A DNA stretch of 49,042 bases from an uncultured Bacilli bacterium (GCA_947630865.1 CANRJE010000002.1:1-49042); one strand, 5' to 3'. Positions 9,188 through 18,984 are shown, counted from the stretch's first letter. Notes: generated from the sequence alone by a model not told the origin. A program made the numbers and translations.

Positions 9188-10519
9188 ATGAAATATGCAA
9201 AATGGATGAGTGAAAAAGAAATTAAAGATGTCTTAGAAAAAGAAAATTTGAAAAAAATTACTAAGAGTGGAATACCGCTTTTTTGGGATAATGATATTCC
9301 TTATCTTGATGTAAGTGACAATCATACTTTATTAATTGGTGATACGGGAAGTGGAAAAACTCAGAGTATTATTTTACCTTATATTAAAACAACAATTCTT
9401 TCTGATGAATCTATGATTATCAATGACAAAAACGGAGAAATATATAAAAGATTAGCTGATAAAATCCAAAAAGAAGGTTATGAAGTTTATGTTTATAATT
9501 TTGAAAATAGCATTTTAGGAAATTCTTTTAATCCTTTAGAAATAGCTTACAGATTATATCAAGACAAAAAGATAGATGCTGCTTATAAAATAATTGAAAT
9601 TTTAGGAGAAAATTTCTTTAGAGATAAAGAAGAAAGTGACCCTTATTGGACTAATACAACGATTGATTTTTTTAAAGGTTTAACACTTTATTTATTTGAA
9701 AATGCTGAAGCTAATGAAATTAATTTAAATAGTATTTATAGCTTAGCAATGAGTTTAACTTCTGATGAGAAAACTAATAAATTTTTAAATAAAGTTAAAG
9801 AATATTCAACAATTTATATTTTATTGGCTGGTACAATAAATGCTCCTATTGAGACAAGAAACAGTATTATTTCCGTTTTCAACTATAAAATGAAAGAATA
9901 TTTAACAAGAGATGATTTAGCTAAGAGTTTAGCTGATACAAGTTTTTCACTTATAAATTTATTTGCTAAAAAGTTTGTTATATTTATAAATAACACCGAT
10001 AGTTCTTATAGTTCTAATTTAACAAATATATTGTTAGAAGAGATTTATTATCTTAAAAAAATAACCAATAATAAAGATAAATTAAATATTATCTTAGATG
10101 ATTTTGATGAACTTGAGCCAATTAAAGATTTTGCTAAAATACTTAGTAATTCAAGATATATGGGAATTAGATTCTTATGTACTATTAAAAGTTATACTAA
10201 TTTAAATTATAATTATGGTGCTTACAGTGAAATTATTAAAATGTGTTTTGCGAATATTATTTATTTAAGAAGTAATGATTTAACTACAATGGAAGAAATT
10301 AGTAGATTATGTGGCGAATATATGAAAAATGAACCTTTAATTAGTGTTGAAGAATTAAAAAGATTAAAAGTTTTTGAAGCTATTGTTCTTCTTCCAAGAA
10401 GATTACCATATAAAGCTAAACTTCTCCCTGATTATAAAATAAATTGGGGCTATGAAACTAAAGAAAGTGAATATAAAGAAAGAGAACTAAAAGATATTAA
10501 GATTTATCATCAAAACTAG
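9188..10519 (+). CDS. VirD4/TraG-like (type IV coupling protein family) ATPase, soluble domain only
   Basis: Walker A LLIGDTGSGKTQS. NPL and DPYW motifs. Walker B-like LNIILDDFDEL. ...IRFLCTIKSYTNL... I saw no N-terminal TM helices. Start ambiguous (GTG 9179, ATG 9182, ATG 9188); 9188 sits best behind AGGTGA. Confidence 0.65.
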   Translation: MKYAKWMSEKEIKDVLEKENLKKITKSGIPLFWDNDIPYLDVSDNHTLLIGDTGSGKTQSIILPYIKTTILSDESMIINDKNGEIYKRLADKIQKEGYEVYVYNFENSILGNSFNPLEIAYRLYQDKKIDAAYKIIEILGENFFRDKEESDPYWTNTTIDFFKGLTLYLFENAEANEINLNSIYSLAMSLTSDEKTNKFLNKVKEYSTIYILLAGTINAPIETRNSIISVFNYKMKEYLTRDDLAKSLADTSFSLINLFAKKFVIFINNTDSSYSSNLTNILLEEIYYLKKITNNKDKLNIILDDFDELEPIKDFAKILSNSRYMGIRFLCTIKSYTNLNYNYGAYSEIIKMCFANIIYLRSNDLTTMEEISRLCGEYMKNEPLISVEELKRLKVFEAIVLLPRRLPYKAKLLPDYKINWGYETKESEYKERELKDIKIYHQN

Positions 10520-10582
10520 TTCTTTTTTCTTGCAATATTTTAGAAAAAGAGATAGAATATTCAAAGTTTGAGAGGAATTAGT

Positions 10583-10990
10583 ATGTTTATAATACCTAAA
10601 AAAAGTAATGTTAATATTTATGATATAGAAGAATTAATAATAAAAATTGAAAAATGTCTTCCAGGTAGTAATGTCAATTTTTTCCGTAAATGGTTAGAAA
10701 GTGAAAGTAATAATTGTTCTTTTGAATGTTTAGATTTTATTTATCAAGCAATTAATATGTCATCTTGTGAATGGAAAAATTATTTTGATAAATTGTCAAA
10801 TACATTTCAATCAATAAATTTTCAAGATATTTTTGATTATGGATTTATAATGTTTTATTTAAATTGTAGTTTAGTAGCTAGATATTTAGTTAATGATGAT
10901 AAAAATTGCTTAATTATTTCTAGTTGTATTAATTATTTAGAAGATATGTATGATATTAAAATTAATGATGAGCAAAATAAAAAGAGTTAA
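10583..10990 (+). CDS. hypothetical acidic, Cys-rich small protein
   Basis: ORF behind a GAGAGGA RBS. No recognisable motif. Start ATG 10583 preferred over TTG 10568. Confidence 0.5.
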   Translation: MFIIPKKSNVNIYDIEELIIKIEKCLPGSNVNFFRKWLESESNNCSFECLDFIYQAINMSSCEWKNYFDKLSNTFQSINFQDIFDYGFIMFYLNCSLVARYLVNDDKNCLIISSCINYLEDMYDIKINDEQNKKS

Positions 10991-10994
10991 ACTC

Positions 10995-11855
10995 TTAATA
11001 TTTAGTTATTCTAAAAAGACTAATACTAGGGTGATTAAATAGACGAATATTTAAATTATTCCCTAGACCACTTGAAATATAAAACTCAGTTTCATCTAAC
11101 TTATAATAATTTTTGCTGTAGTGATGCCCATCAAATATGGCTACATCTAGAAAAGGTAATTGAATTTCTCCTCCTAAAGTGTCACCTGCTAAAGCTAAAT
11201 TACAGTTAATTTTTTTCTTAATTTCATCAATTTTATCAGGATTATTTAAAATGCAAATAGAGTAGTTATCAGAAACTTTTAAATCTGTTTTTAAATCAGT
11301 AGTATTAAAACCTATAACGTTAATAGGAACTATATCATTATTAAATAGTTGAATACTTTCATTATTTAAAACTTGAAAGTTACTATTTTCCATAATAACA
11401 TGAAAACTATCATCATCATTACTACCTATAACAGCATATTTAGAAATTTTAGCATCAAGATTTTTAAAGAAATTTTCTAAAGCTTTTATGTCTTCACTTT
11501 CTAAACTTAAATTTTCTTGTTTAAGATTACCAGTAAAAACTAAAATATCTGGTTTTAATTCATTAACTTTTTTTTCAAGTCTTTTTAAATCCTTAGCATT
11601 TAAACTATTATAAAGTAAATCACTTATTTGAACAACCTTTATTCCGTGAAAACTATCAGGAACTTTATTATTAGTAACTTTTACTTCTTTTACATCAATT
11701 ACTTTAGCTCCAATAAAAATGCCATATGTTAAAGTACCTAAAATAAATATTAGTACAATAACTATAATTTTAACAATTTTTTGAACTTTTTTATCTCTTT
11801 CTTCTCGAAATATTTCTTTTTGAATTTGAGAATTTTTTTCTTGTCTTGTTTTCAT
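10995..11855 (-). CDS. membrane-anchored metallophosphoesterase homolog (YkuE-like) with all canonical metal ligands substituted
   Basis: N-terminal TM. Motif positions read ISDLLY (for DxH), FTGNL (for GD), IGSNDD (for GNHD), ILNNP (for SHNP) and AGDTLGGEIQLP (for GHTHGGQ). The start overlaps the upstream stop as TAATG. Confidence 0.65.
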   Translation of the reverse strand: MKTRQEKNSQIQKEIFREERDKKVQKIVKIIVIVLIFILGTLTYGIFIGAKVIDVKEVKVTNNKVPDSFHGIKVVQISDLLYNSLNAKDLKRLEKKVNELKPDILVFTGNLKQENLSLESEDIKALENFFKNLDAKISKYAVIGSNDDDSFHVIMENSNFQVLNNESIQLFNNDIVPINVIGFNTTDLKTDLKVSDNYSICILNNPDKIDEIKKKINCNLALAGDTLGGEIQLPFLDVAIFDGHHYSKNYYKLDETEFYISSGLGNNLNIRLFNHPSISLFRITKY

Positions 11856-12589
11856 TACATCACCAAAGTCAATATTGACAATAAAGTAAGGGCTGTATTA
11901 TGAATTGTATGAAAAGTAATCGAGATAAAAATATTGTCAGTTTTATATAACATATAAGCAAATGCTGCTCCTAATAAACCATAAGGAATTACATAAAGAA
12001 AATCAAGTGCTGTTTCAAAACTAAAAACAACATGTAAAAGTCCAAAGAATAACCCACTTATAAAGACCATTAATTTGGTATTACCAAAAATATCACCTAA
12101 ACTTTTTCGAAACATCATTTCTTCTCCAAAAGGACCAACAATACCAGCACTTATTAAAGTAAGAATAGGAGCTTGTTTTAACATTTCTTGAACTAAAATT
12201 TCATTATTGGCTTCTCCAACGGGAGTAAGTTTTATAATTAAAGTATTACAAATAAACATTCCAACAACTCCTAAAAACCAAAGTTTTAGACCTAAATCAA
12301 AATATTTATTAAAATTCTTTTTAAAATCTTTAAATTTTTGAATCAAATACTTACGATAAATTAAAACAATTACTAATATTAAAACTAAATAACTAACAAG
12401 AGAACCTGCTGTTTGTAAGACATAATTTCCTCTATAATCAATTTTTAAAAGTGTAAGAGGAATTAAATAAATTAATTCTTTATATAAAAAGAAGATAAAT
12501 AAAAAAACAAAAATTAAAACATTTTTTATAATCTTTAGAATTTTATTATTTAATAACAACGTATCTTTCATCATATCACCTAATAACAT
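11855..12589 (-). CDS. CPBP-family intramembrane glutamic endopeptidase (CAAX protease-like)
   Basis: GPFGEEMMFRKSLG, FGLLHV and FHTIHN motifs. Multi-TM. The start could be one of the internal Met codons 15-18 nt downstream. Confidence 0.75.
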   Translation of the reverse strand: MLLGDMMKDTLLLNNKILKIIKNVLIFVFLFIFFLYKELIYLIPLTLLKIDYRGNYVLQTAGSLVSYLVLILVIVLIYRKYLIQKFKDFKKNFNKYFDLGLKLWFLGVVGMFICNTLIIKLTPVGEANNEILVQEMLKQAPILTLISAGIVGPFGEEMMFRKSLGDIFGNTKLMVFISGLFFGLLHVVFSFETALDFLYVIPYGLLGAAFAYMLYKTDNIFISITFHTIHNTALTLLSILTLVM

Positions 12590-12625
12590 TTTACCACAAA
12601 AATAAAAAAAGATTAACTAAATAAT

Positions 12626-12886
12626 CTAGATTTCATCACTTATTAATTCTACTTCTGTTATTTCTTCTATTTCATTAATTAAACTTTCTTTAAATAATTC
12701 ATTTAAAGTCATTATTTTCATAGGACAAGTAGCACAATGACCTAAAAATTTTAAATAACAAATACCATTTTCATAGTTTACGAATTCAATATCTCCACCA
12801 TCATCTAAAATATAAGGTCTCAATTTGTCTAATACATTTTCAACTTTATCTTTTATATCATTATCAACTTTTTTATTTTTATCCAT
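12626..12886 (-). CDS. NifU-like (Nfu C-terminal domain) Fe-S scaffold-type protein
   Basis: LRPYILDDGGDIEFV...GHCATCP is typical of the NifU C-terminal domain with a CxxC. Confidence 0.75.
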   Translation of the reverse strand: MDKNKKVDNDIKDKVENVLDKLRPYILDDGGDIEFVNYENGICYLKFLGHCATCPMKIMTLNELFKESLINEIEEITEVELISDEI

Positions 12887-12967
12887 AATCTTTTTCCTTT
12901 CATGGGTATTATAGCATATTTAATGCTAAAAAAATAGTAAAAATCATAAACTTAATTAGGTGATATC

Positions 12968-13879
12968 ATGAAAGACTTATTAAATTACTATTATTACATA
13001 ATTACAGATAGAATTAACATGTTAAATCATAATTATTACTTTACATATATGAATAATTATTTTTGTTTATATAGATATGATAAAGAGATAGATACTATTA
13101 AAGAAATATTTAATTTAAATACATACATGTTATATAACAATTATAAAATTAATAAAATTATTTTAAATAGAGAAAATTCTATAATAACTTATTATCAAAA
13201 TCATAGTTATGTTTTAATTCTTTTAGAAAATTATAATAAAAGATTAATTAATTTAAATGATATAATTATATTTAATCGGAGATTAACAAATCAAAGAAAT
13301 ATTTTAAATAGAACAAATTGGTTAGAACTTTGGAGTAGAAAAATAGATAATATTGAATATTCAATTAAACATTTAAGACTAAAATATAAACTTATTTATA
13401 ATTCAATTTATTATTATATAGGATTAACAGAAAATGCTATTAGTTATTTAAAATCTTTAAGAATTGAAAATCAAAATATAAGTATAAGTCACAGAAGAGT
13501 AGATATTGATGATACAATAACAGAGTTTTATAATCCTTTAAATTTAATTATTGATTATCATGTAAGAGATTTAGCAGAATATTTAAAATCGGGATTTTTT
13601 AAAAGAAAATTAAGTGTTGAAAATATAATTAGTTATTTAAAAAGAATAAAAATGAGTAATATAGATTATATATTTTTTTATGTTAGAATGCTTTTTCCTA
13701 GTTATTTTTTTGATTTGTATGATCTAATTATAAGTGGAAAAGTTAAGGAAGAAAAAATTTTAATGATAACTAAATATCAAAATGAATATGAATATTTATT
13801 ATATGAAATTTATATATTGATAAAAAGTCATATCAGTATTATTGGACTAGAGTGGATTAATAAGAAATTTATGTATTAG
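12968..13879 (+). CDS. hypothetical protein, possibly a CotS/YutH-like kinase-fold protein
   Basis: N/Y/I-rich. Segment ISHRRVDID...LIIDYHVRDLAEYLK loosely resembles the HxD...IDxD...DLA core of the CotS/APH fold. Weak call. Confidence 0.35.
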   Translation: MKDLLNYYYYIITDRINMLNHNYYFTYMNNYFCLYRYDKEIDTIKEIFNLNTYMLYNNYKINKIILNRENSIITYYQNHSYVLILLENYNKRLINLNDIIIFNRRLTNQRNILNRTNWLELWSRKIDNIEYSIKHLRLKYKLIYNSIYYYIGLTENAISYLKSLRIENQNISISHRRVDIDDTITEFYNPLNLIIDYHVRDLAEYLKSGFFKRKLSVENIISYLKRIKMSNIDYIFFYVRMLFPSYFFDLYDLIISGKVKEEKILMITKYQNEYEYLLYEIYILIKSHISIIGLEWINKKFMY

Positions 13880-13917
13880 TTTTCTTTTTTTCTGTTATAA
13901 TGAAGTTGGAGCTGTTT

Positions 13918-14703
13918 ATGGAAGTTAAAGAAATTTTAGTTAATCGATTTATTTCAAAATCCGAAATAGAAGGAATTGATTTTGTTATTAATTCCTATGT
14001 TGGATGTCCTAATGCTTGTAAATATTGTTATGCTTCATTTATGAAAAATCTAAAAAGTCATGATGAAAAGTGGGGAACTTTTTTAGATGTAAAAATGACA
14101 GATTATAAACTTCGAAAAAGAAGTATTGAAGGAAAAACATATTTAATGTCTTCAACTACTGATTGTTATAATATATATGAAGAAAAATATGAGTTAACTA
14201 GAAATATTTTAAAGCAATTAATTAATTTTGATTTTAAGTTAATCATTGAGACAAAAAATGCATTGATTTTAAGGGATATTAACTTGTTAAAACAAATGAA
14301 AAATTTAGAAGTTTTTATTTCTATAAGTACACTTTCTGAAAAAATTTTAAATGATATAGAAAAAGAAAGTTCTATTGAAAATAGATTACAAACAATAAAA
14401 AAATTACATGAGAATGGTATTAAAGTAGGAGTTTCAATTGCACCTTTTTTCCCATTTTTAACAGATTATAAAAAAATAATTGAAGAAACTAAAGATTATG
14501 CTTTTGAATACCACTTTGAATTTTTGAAATTAAAAGGGGAATCCAAACGAGAAATTTTAAAATATATTGGAGATAATTATAATGAATATTATTTAGAATA
14601 TGCTAATATTTACTTATTAAATAATGATGAATATTATAAAAAAATGCGATTAGAAATAGAAAATTATTGTGAAAATTTAAAGATAAGTTATAAAATATTC
14701 TAA
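13918..14703 (+). CDS. radical SAM protein, SplB/COG1533-like
   Basis: INSYVGCPNACKYCYASF (CxxxCxxC). GGAG RBS before ATG 13918 (the track ORF starts at 13900). Confidence 0.7.
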   Translation: MEVKEILVNRFISKSEIEGIDFVINSYVGCPNACKYCYASFMKNLKSHDEKWGTFLDVKMTDYKLRKRSIEGKTYLMSSTTDCYNIYEEKYELTRNILKQLINFDFKLIIETKNALILRDINLLKQMKNLEVFISISTLSEKILNDIEKESSIENRLQTIKKLHENGIKVGVSIAPFFPFLTDYKKIIEETKDYAFEYHFEFLKLKGESKREILKYIGDNYNEYYLEYANIYLLNNDEYYKKMRLEIENYCENLKISYKIF

Positions 14704-14785
14704 AAATATGAAAAATTCGTGAAAATTAATGTAAAAAATTGTATTTTCAAATAATAAATGTTATAATTTAAGAAAAAGGAAGGAT

Positions 14786-15535
14786 ATGTTTATGGAAAAA
14801 GAAAAAGCTAAAAAAGAAAAAAATGATGAAAAAGAAACAAAAAGGGTAAATGATTCTAAAAAGAATCCTGAAAAAACAGTTAAAGCTAGCAAAACAGCAA
14901 AAGAAACTAAAAAAACAACTAAAAAAGAAAAAGCAACTGAACCTTTAAAAGAAATAAAAAAAGCTAAAAAAGAAAATATAGAAGAGCCAGTAGTTCTTAA
15001 GAAAAAAGATAAAGAAGTAAAAAATGAAAAAAATAAAAAAGATAAAGATACTACTAAAATTAAAGAAAATATTTTTAAAGGTTTAGGAATATTTATAATG
15101 GTTGTTGCTGTTCTTGGACTTGCTTTTTGGACTTCTAAAACTTATGGAAGTGGAATAGGAGCTTATGAGTTTAATTATATAGATATTGATGAATACTTAG
15201 AATTTTTAGATTCAGAAGACAAACATATAGTTTATGTTGCAAGACCAAGTTGTTCTTATTGTCAAGTAGAAACTCCAATTATAAAAAGAATTGCTGGTAA
15301 ATATAAATTAGATATATATTACCTTAATACAGAAGAATTTTATGATAGTGAACTTAAAGATTATACTGAAGATGGGTATAAATTGATTAATTCAACTGAT
15401 ACTTTCAGTGAAGGTATTTCAACACCTAATACTTTGATTGTTCAAAATGGTAAAGTTATAGATGGTGAATATGGTTATGTTGAAGAAGATAGTTTAATTG
15501 ATTTATTTACCAGAAATGGTTATATAAATGAATAA
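14786..15535 (+). CDS. membrane-anchored thioredoxin-fold protein with a Lys-rich cytoplasmic N-terminal tail
   Basis: About 95 aa K/E-rich, then TM GLGIFIMVVAVLGLAFW, then VYVARPSCSYCQ (CxxC). ATG 14792 is an alternative start. Confidence 0.65.
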   Translation: MFMEKEKAKKEKNDEKETKRVNDSKKNPEKTVKASKTAKETKKTTKKEKATEPLKEIKKAKKENIEEPVVLKKKDKEVKNEKNKKDKDTTKIKENIFKGLGIFIMVVAVLGLAFWTSKTYGSGIGAYEFNYIDIDEYLEFLDSEDKHIVYVARPSCSYCQVETPIIKRIAGKYKLDIYYLNTEEFYDSELKDYTEDGYKLINSTDTFSEGISTPNTLIVQNGKVIDGEYGYVEEDSLIDLFTRNGYINE

Positions 15536-15959
15536 TCGAGTATATAATTTAGCTCTTCGTTTTAGAAGAAAATACTTTGGAACGATTGCTTTTAGATTGA
15601 GAGCCCATAGTAATATATTAGCTAAACATATTAATCCTGATGAAAAATTATTATATGTTTTTTGTGGACAAAAAGGGTATTCTAATCGTGAAATCTTTTC
15701 AACTTGTGTGGTTGCTCTTACTAATGAAAGAATAATTATAGCTACGAAAAGAGTTTTATGGGGATATTTTTTAACATCGGTTACCCCTGACTTATTTAAT
15801 GATTTAAAAGTTCAAGCAGGAATGGTTTTTGGAAAAGTTATCATTGACACAGCTAAAGAACTAATCATTATTTCCAATTTATCTAAAGATTCTTTACGAG
15901 AGGTTGAAACAGCTGTTTCATCATACATGGTTAAAGAGAAAAAGAAACTAAAAGATTGA
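15528..15959 (+). CDS. hypothetical protein, possibly bacterial PH-like domain
   Basis: ORF overlaps the upstream stop by 8 nt (ATGAATAA). No strong motif. Confidence 0.45.
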   Translation: MNNRVYNLALRFRRKYFGTIAFRLRAHSNILAKHINPDEKLLYVFCGQKGYSNREIFSTCVVALTNERIIIATKRVLWGYFLTSVTPDLFNDLKVQAGMVFGKVIIDTAKELIIISNLSKDSLREVETAVSSYMVKEKKKLKD

Positions 15960-15980
15960 GAAAAAAATCAATCTTTTTTT
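15951..15980 (+). terminator. intrinsic terminator
   Basis: AAAGATTGA / TCAATCTTT stem, 8-nt A-rich loop, then a T-run. The stop codon lies inside the stem. Confidence 0.6.
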
Positions 15981-16122
15981 GTAAAAGTTAAAGTATAAAT
16001 AATATAAAAAAAGAAATAATATAAAAATAAAGATAACTATTAATATATTTAAAAAAACAAATATACAAATAATTTTAGTTTTGTTATAATAAAATTAACG
16101 AGATTAGAAAGGAAGGTGAATT

Positions 16123-18984
16123 ATGTATATACCTCTTTATAATAAAACGACTTATACTTTTCTATCAAGTTTATTAGAAGTAGATGATTTAATAAATTTA
16201 GCTAAATATTACAATTTAAATAGTATTGCTATATGTGATGATAATATGTTTGGAGTAATGGAATTTATTAGAAAATGTGAAAGTAATAATTTAAATCCCA
16301 TTATAGGACTTGATTTAGGTGATAGACTTTTATTTGCTAAGAATTATAAAGGTTATCAAAATTTATTGAAACTTACAACTATAAAAAGTGAAAGAGATTT
16401 AACTATTGATGATTATAAAAATTATAAAAGTGATTTAATTTGTATTCCTTTAAAAGAGATAGAATTAATTTATACAGATATTTTTTATCCTTTAAATGAT
16501 GATAATAAAGATTTAGAAAATGTTATTTATTTAAATAAATTATTATATAAAGAAAAAAATGATTATGAAACATTAAAATATTTAGAGTTATTACGTGATA
16601 ATTTAACGATTATTGATGATTATATACCTAAAAAAGATTGTTATTATAAAAAGATTGATAATAATAATAGAGCAATTGAAAATACATTTAAGTTAGCAAG
16701 TATGTGTAATTTTAAATTACCGAAATATGAACTTAATTTAGCAATATTTGATTCTAAAATAGATGCTCCTTCATATTTAACTAATTTAGCTTATAAAGGA
16801 TTAACTAAAAGATTGGGAATGGAACCTAATTTAACATATAAGAAAAGATTAAAACATGAACTTGATGTTATTATAGAAATGGGTTTTGCTAATTATTTTT
16901 TAGTAGTTTATGATTTTATTAAATATGCTAAAAATAAAGGTATTCTAGTTGGGCCTGGAAGAGGGTCTGCAGCTGGTTCTTTAGTTAGTTATACTTTGGG
17001 AATTACCGATATTGATCCTTTAAAATATGATTTGCTTTTTGAAAGATTTTTAAATAGTGAACGTGTAACTATGCCAGATATTGATACAGATTTTCCAGAT
17101 ATTTATCGTGATTTAGTTATTAAATATGTAAAAGAAAAATATGGAGAAAGAAGAGTTTCTAATATTATAACGTTTGGAACAATGGGAGCTAAAATGTGCA
17201 TTAGAGATATAGGAAGAGTTATGAATGTTTCTTTAGCTGATGTTGATAATATTAGTAAAATAATTGGTTCAAGAAAAGATAAATTAAGTGATTTAATTAA
17301 AAGTGATATTAGATTACAAACTTTAATTGAAGATGACAACAAGATTAAAAAACTAATGGAAGTAGCTGTTAAAGTAGAAGGAATTAAAAGACATACATCA
17401 GTTCATGCTGCGGGTATTATTATAGCTAATATTGATTTAGATGAAATAGTTCCTCTTGTTTATGATGACAATTTATATATATCGGGTTATGAAGCTAGTT
17501 ATTTAGAAGATTTAGGACTTTTAAAAATGGATTTTTTGGGAATTAAAAATCTGACAACCATTATGGAGATTCAAGAAAATGTTTTTAGGGAAGAAGGAGT
17601 TAATATTGATTTTAAAAATATTCCACTTGATGATAAAAAAACGATTGAATTGTTTAAGAATGGTGATACAAATGGAATTTTTCAATTTGAAAGTTCTGGT
17701 ATGAAAAATTTTTTAAAAGAATTATCTCCAAATAACTTTAATGATTTAGTAAGTGCTATTGCTTTATTTCGTCCTAGTTGTGCTGCTTCAATTCCATCAT
17801 TTATTAAAAGAAAAAATGGTGAGGAAAAAATAGATTACTTTACGGATAGTTTAAAAAGTGTTTTAGAATCAACTTATGGCATTATTATTTATCAGGAACA
17901 AATTATGCAAATTGCATCTATCATCGGTGGTTATAGTTTAGGAGAAGCTGATATTTTAAGAAGAGCAATGTCTAAAAAGAAAAAAGAAATTGTTGAGGGA
18001 GAACACGATAAATTTATTCAAGGAGCATTAAATCGTTCTTATAGTTTAGAGTTAGCAGAGAGAATTTATGAATTGATTTTAAGATTTGCATCATATGGTT
18101 TCAATAAAAGTCATAGTATTGCTTATGCAATTGTTGCTTACAAAATGGCTTATTTAAAAGTACATTATCAAAAGTATTTTTATGTTAGTCTTTTAAATAG
18201 TGTTACATCAGATACAACTAAAACTAAAGAATATTTATATGAACTTAAAAAATATAATGTAGAAATTATGAAACCAGATGTTAATTTAAGTAATTGCACA
18301 TATCAAATTATTGATAATAAAATTTTAGCTCCTTTTAATATTATTAAAGGAATAAGTAAAATGGTCTGTGATAAGATAATTGAAGAAAGAAAAGAACCAT
18401 TTAAAGATATATATGATTTCTTTGCTAAAACAGGAACTTTAACCAAAACTAATTATGAAGCTTTAATAAATGCTGGTGCATGTGACAATTTTGGTTATAA
18501 TCGAAAAACTTTGATTATGAATCTTGATGGACTTCAAAATTATTCTAAATTATGTGAAGATTTAGATAAAGAATATGTTTTAAAACCTGAAATTGAAATA
18601 TATACGGAGTTTTCTGATTTAGAATTAATTGAAAAAGAAAAAGAATTATTTGGATTTTATATAACAAATCATCCAGTTTTAAGTTATAAATTGAAATTTA
18701 ATGATATAATAGATTTAGATAAGATAGAAAAATATTTCAATAAAGTTATTAATCTTATCGTTTTAGTTGAAAAAACAAGAGTTATTGAAACAAAAAAGGG
18801 AGATAAAATGATGTTTTTAACTGGAAGTGATGAGGAAAGAGTTGGAGATTTTACCTTATTTCCAAAAATTTATAATGAGTTTTTTGATATAAAAAAAGGT
18901 GATATTTTAAAAATTCTTGGTAGGGTAGAAAAACGTAATGGAAGTTATCAAATTATTGTTTCAAAAGTAGAAAAATTAAATTAA
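16123..18984 (+). CDS. dnaE: DNA polymerase III alpha subunit, DnaE type (short, degenerate PHP domain)
   Basis: GPGRGSAAGSLVSYTLGITDIDP, FERFLNSERVTMPDIDTDF, HAAGIII, LKMDFLGIKNLT, FRPS, IIYQEQIMQ, FNKSHSIAYA, and an OB-fold-like C-terminus. Confidence 0.85.
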   Translation: MYIPLYNKTTYTFLSSLLEVDDLINLAKYYNLNSIAICDDNMFGVMEFIRKCESNNLNPIIGLDLGDRLLFAKNYKGYQNLLKLTTIKSERDLTIDDYKNYKSDLICIPLKEIELIYTDIFYPLNDDNKDLENVIYLNKLLYKEKNDYETLKYLELLRDNLTIIDDYIPKKDCYYKKIDNNNRAIENTFKLASMCNFKLPKYELNLAIFDSKIDAPSYLTNLAYKGLTKRLGMEPNLTYKKRLKHELDVIIEMGFANYFLVVYDFIKYAKNKGILVGPGRGSAAGSLVSYTLGITDIDPLKYDLLFERFLNSERVTMPDIDTDFPDIYRDLVIKYVKEKYGERRVSNIITFGTMGAKMCIRDIGRVMNVSLADVDNISKIIGSRKDKLSDLIKSDIRLQTLIEDDNKIKKLMEVAVKVEGIKRHTSVHAAGIIIANIDLDEIVPLVYDDNLYISGYEASYLEDLGLLKMDFLGIKNLTTIMEIQENVFREEGVNIDFKNIPLDDKKTIELFKNGDTNGIFQFESSGMKNFLKELSPNNFNDLVSAIALFRPSCAASIPSFIKRKNGEEKIDYFTDSLKSVLESTYGIIIYQEQIMQIASIIGGYSLGEADILRRAMSKKKKEIVEGEHDKFIQGALNRSYSLELAERIYELILRFASYGFNKSHSIAYAIVAYKMAYLKVHYQKYFYVSLLNSVTSDTTKTKEYLYELKKYNVEIMKPDVNLSNCTYQIIDNKILAPFNIIKGISKMVCDKIIEERKEPFKDIYDFFAKTGTLTKTNYEALINAGACDNFGYNRKTLIMNLDGLQNYSKLCEDLDKEYVLKPEIEIYTEFSDLELIEKEKELFGFYITNHPVLSYKLKFNDIIDLDKIEKYFNKVINLIVLVEKTRVIETKKGDKMMFLTGSDEERVGDFTLFPKIYNEFFDIKKGDILKILGRVEKRNGSYQIIVSKVEKLN

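Noticed and set aside
8629-10990. The T4CP-like gene as evidence for an integrative conjugative element.
   Set aside because: I could not find a relaxase, VirB4-type ATPase, integrase, recombinase, flanking direct repeats or adjacent tRNA. The flanks are housekeeping genes (gltX on one side). It is reported only as an orphan.
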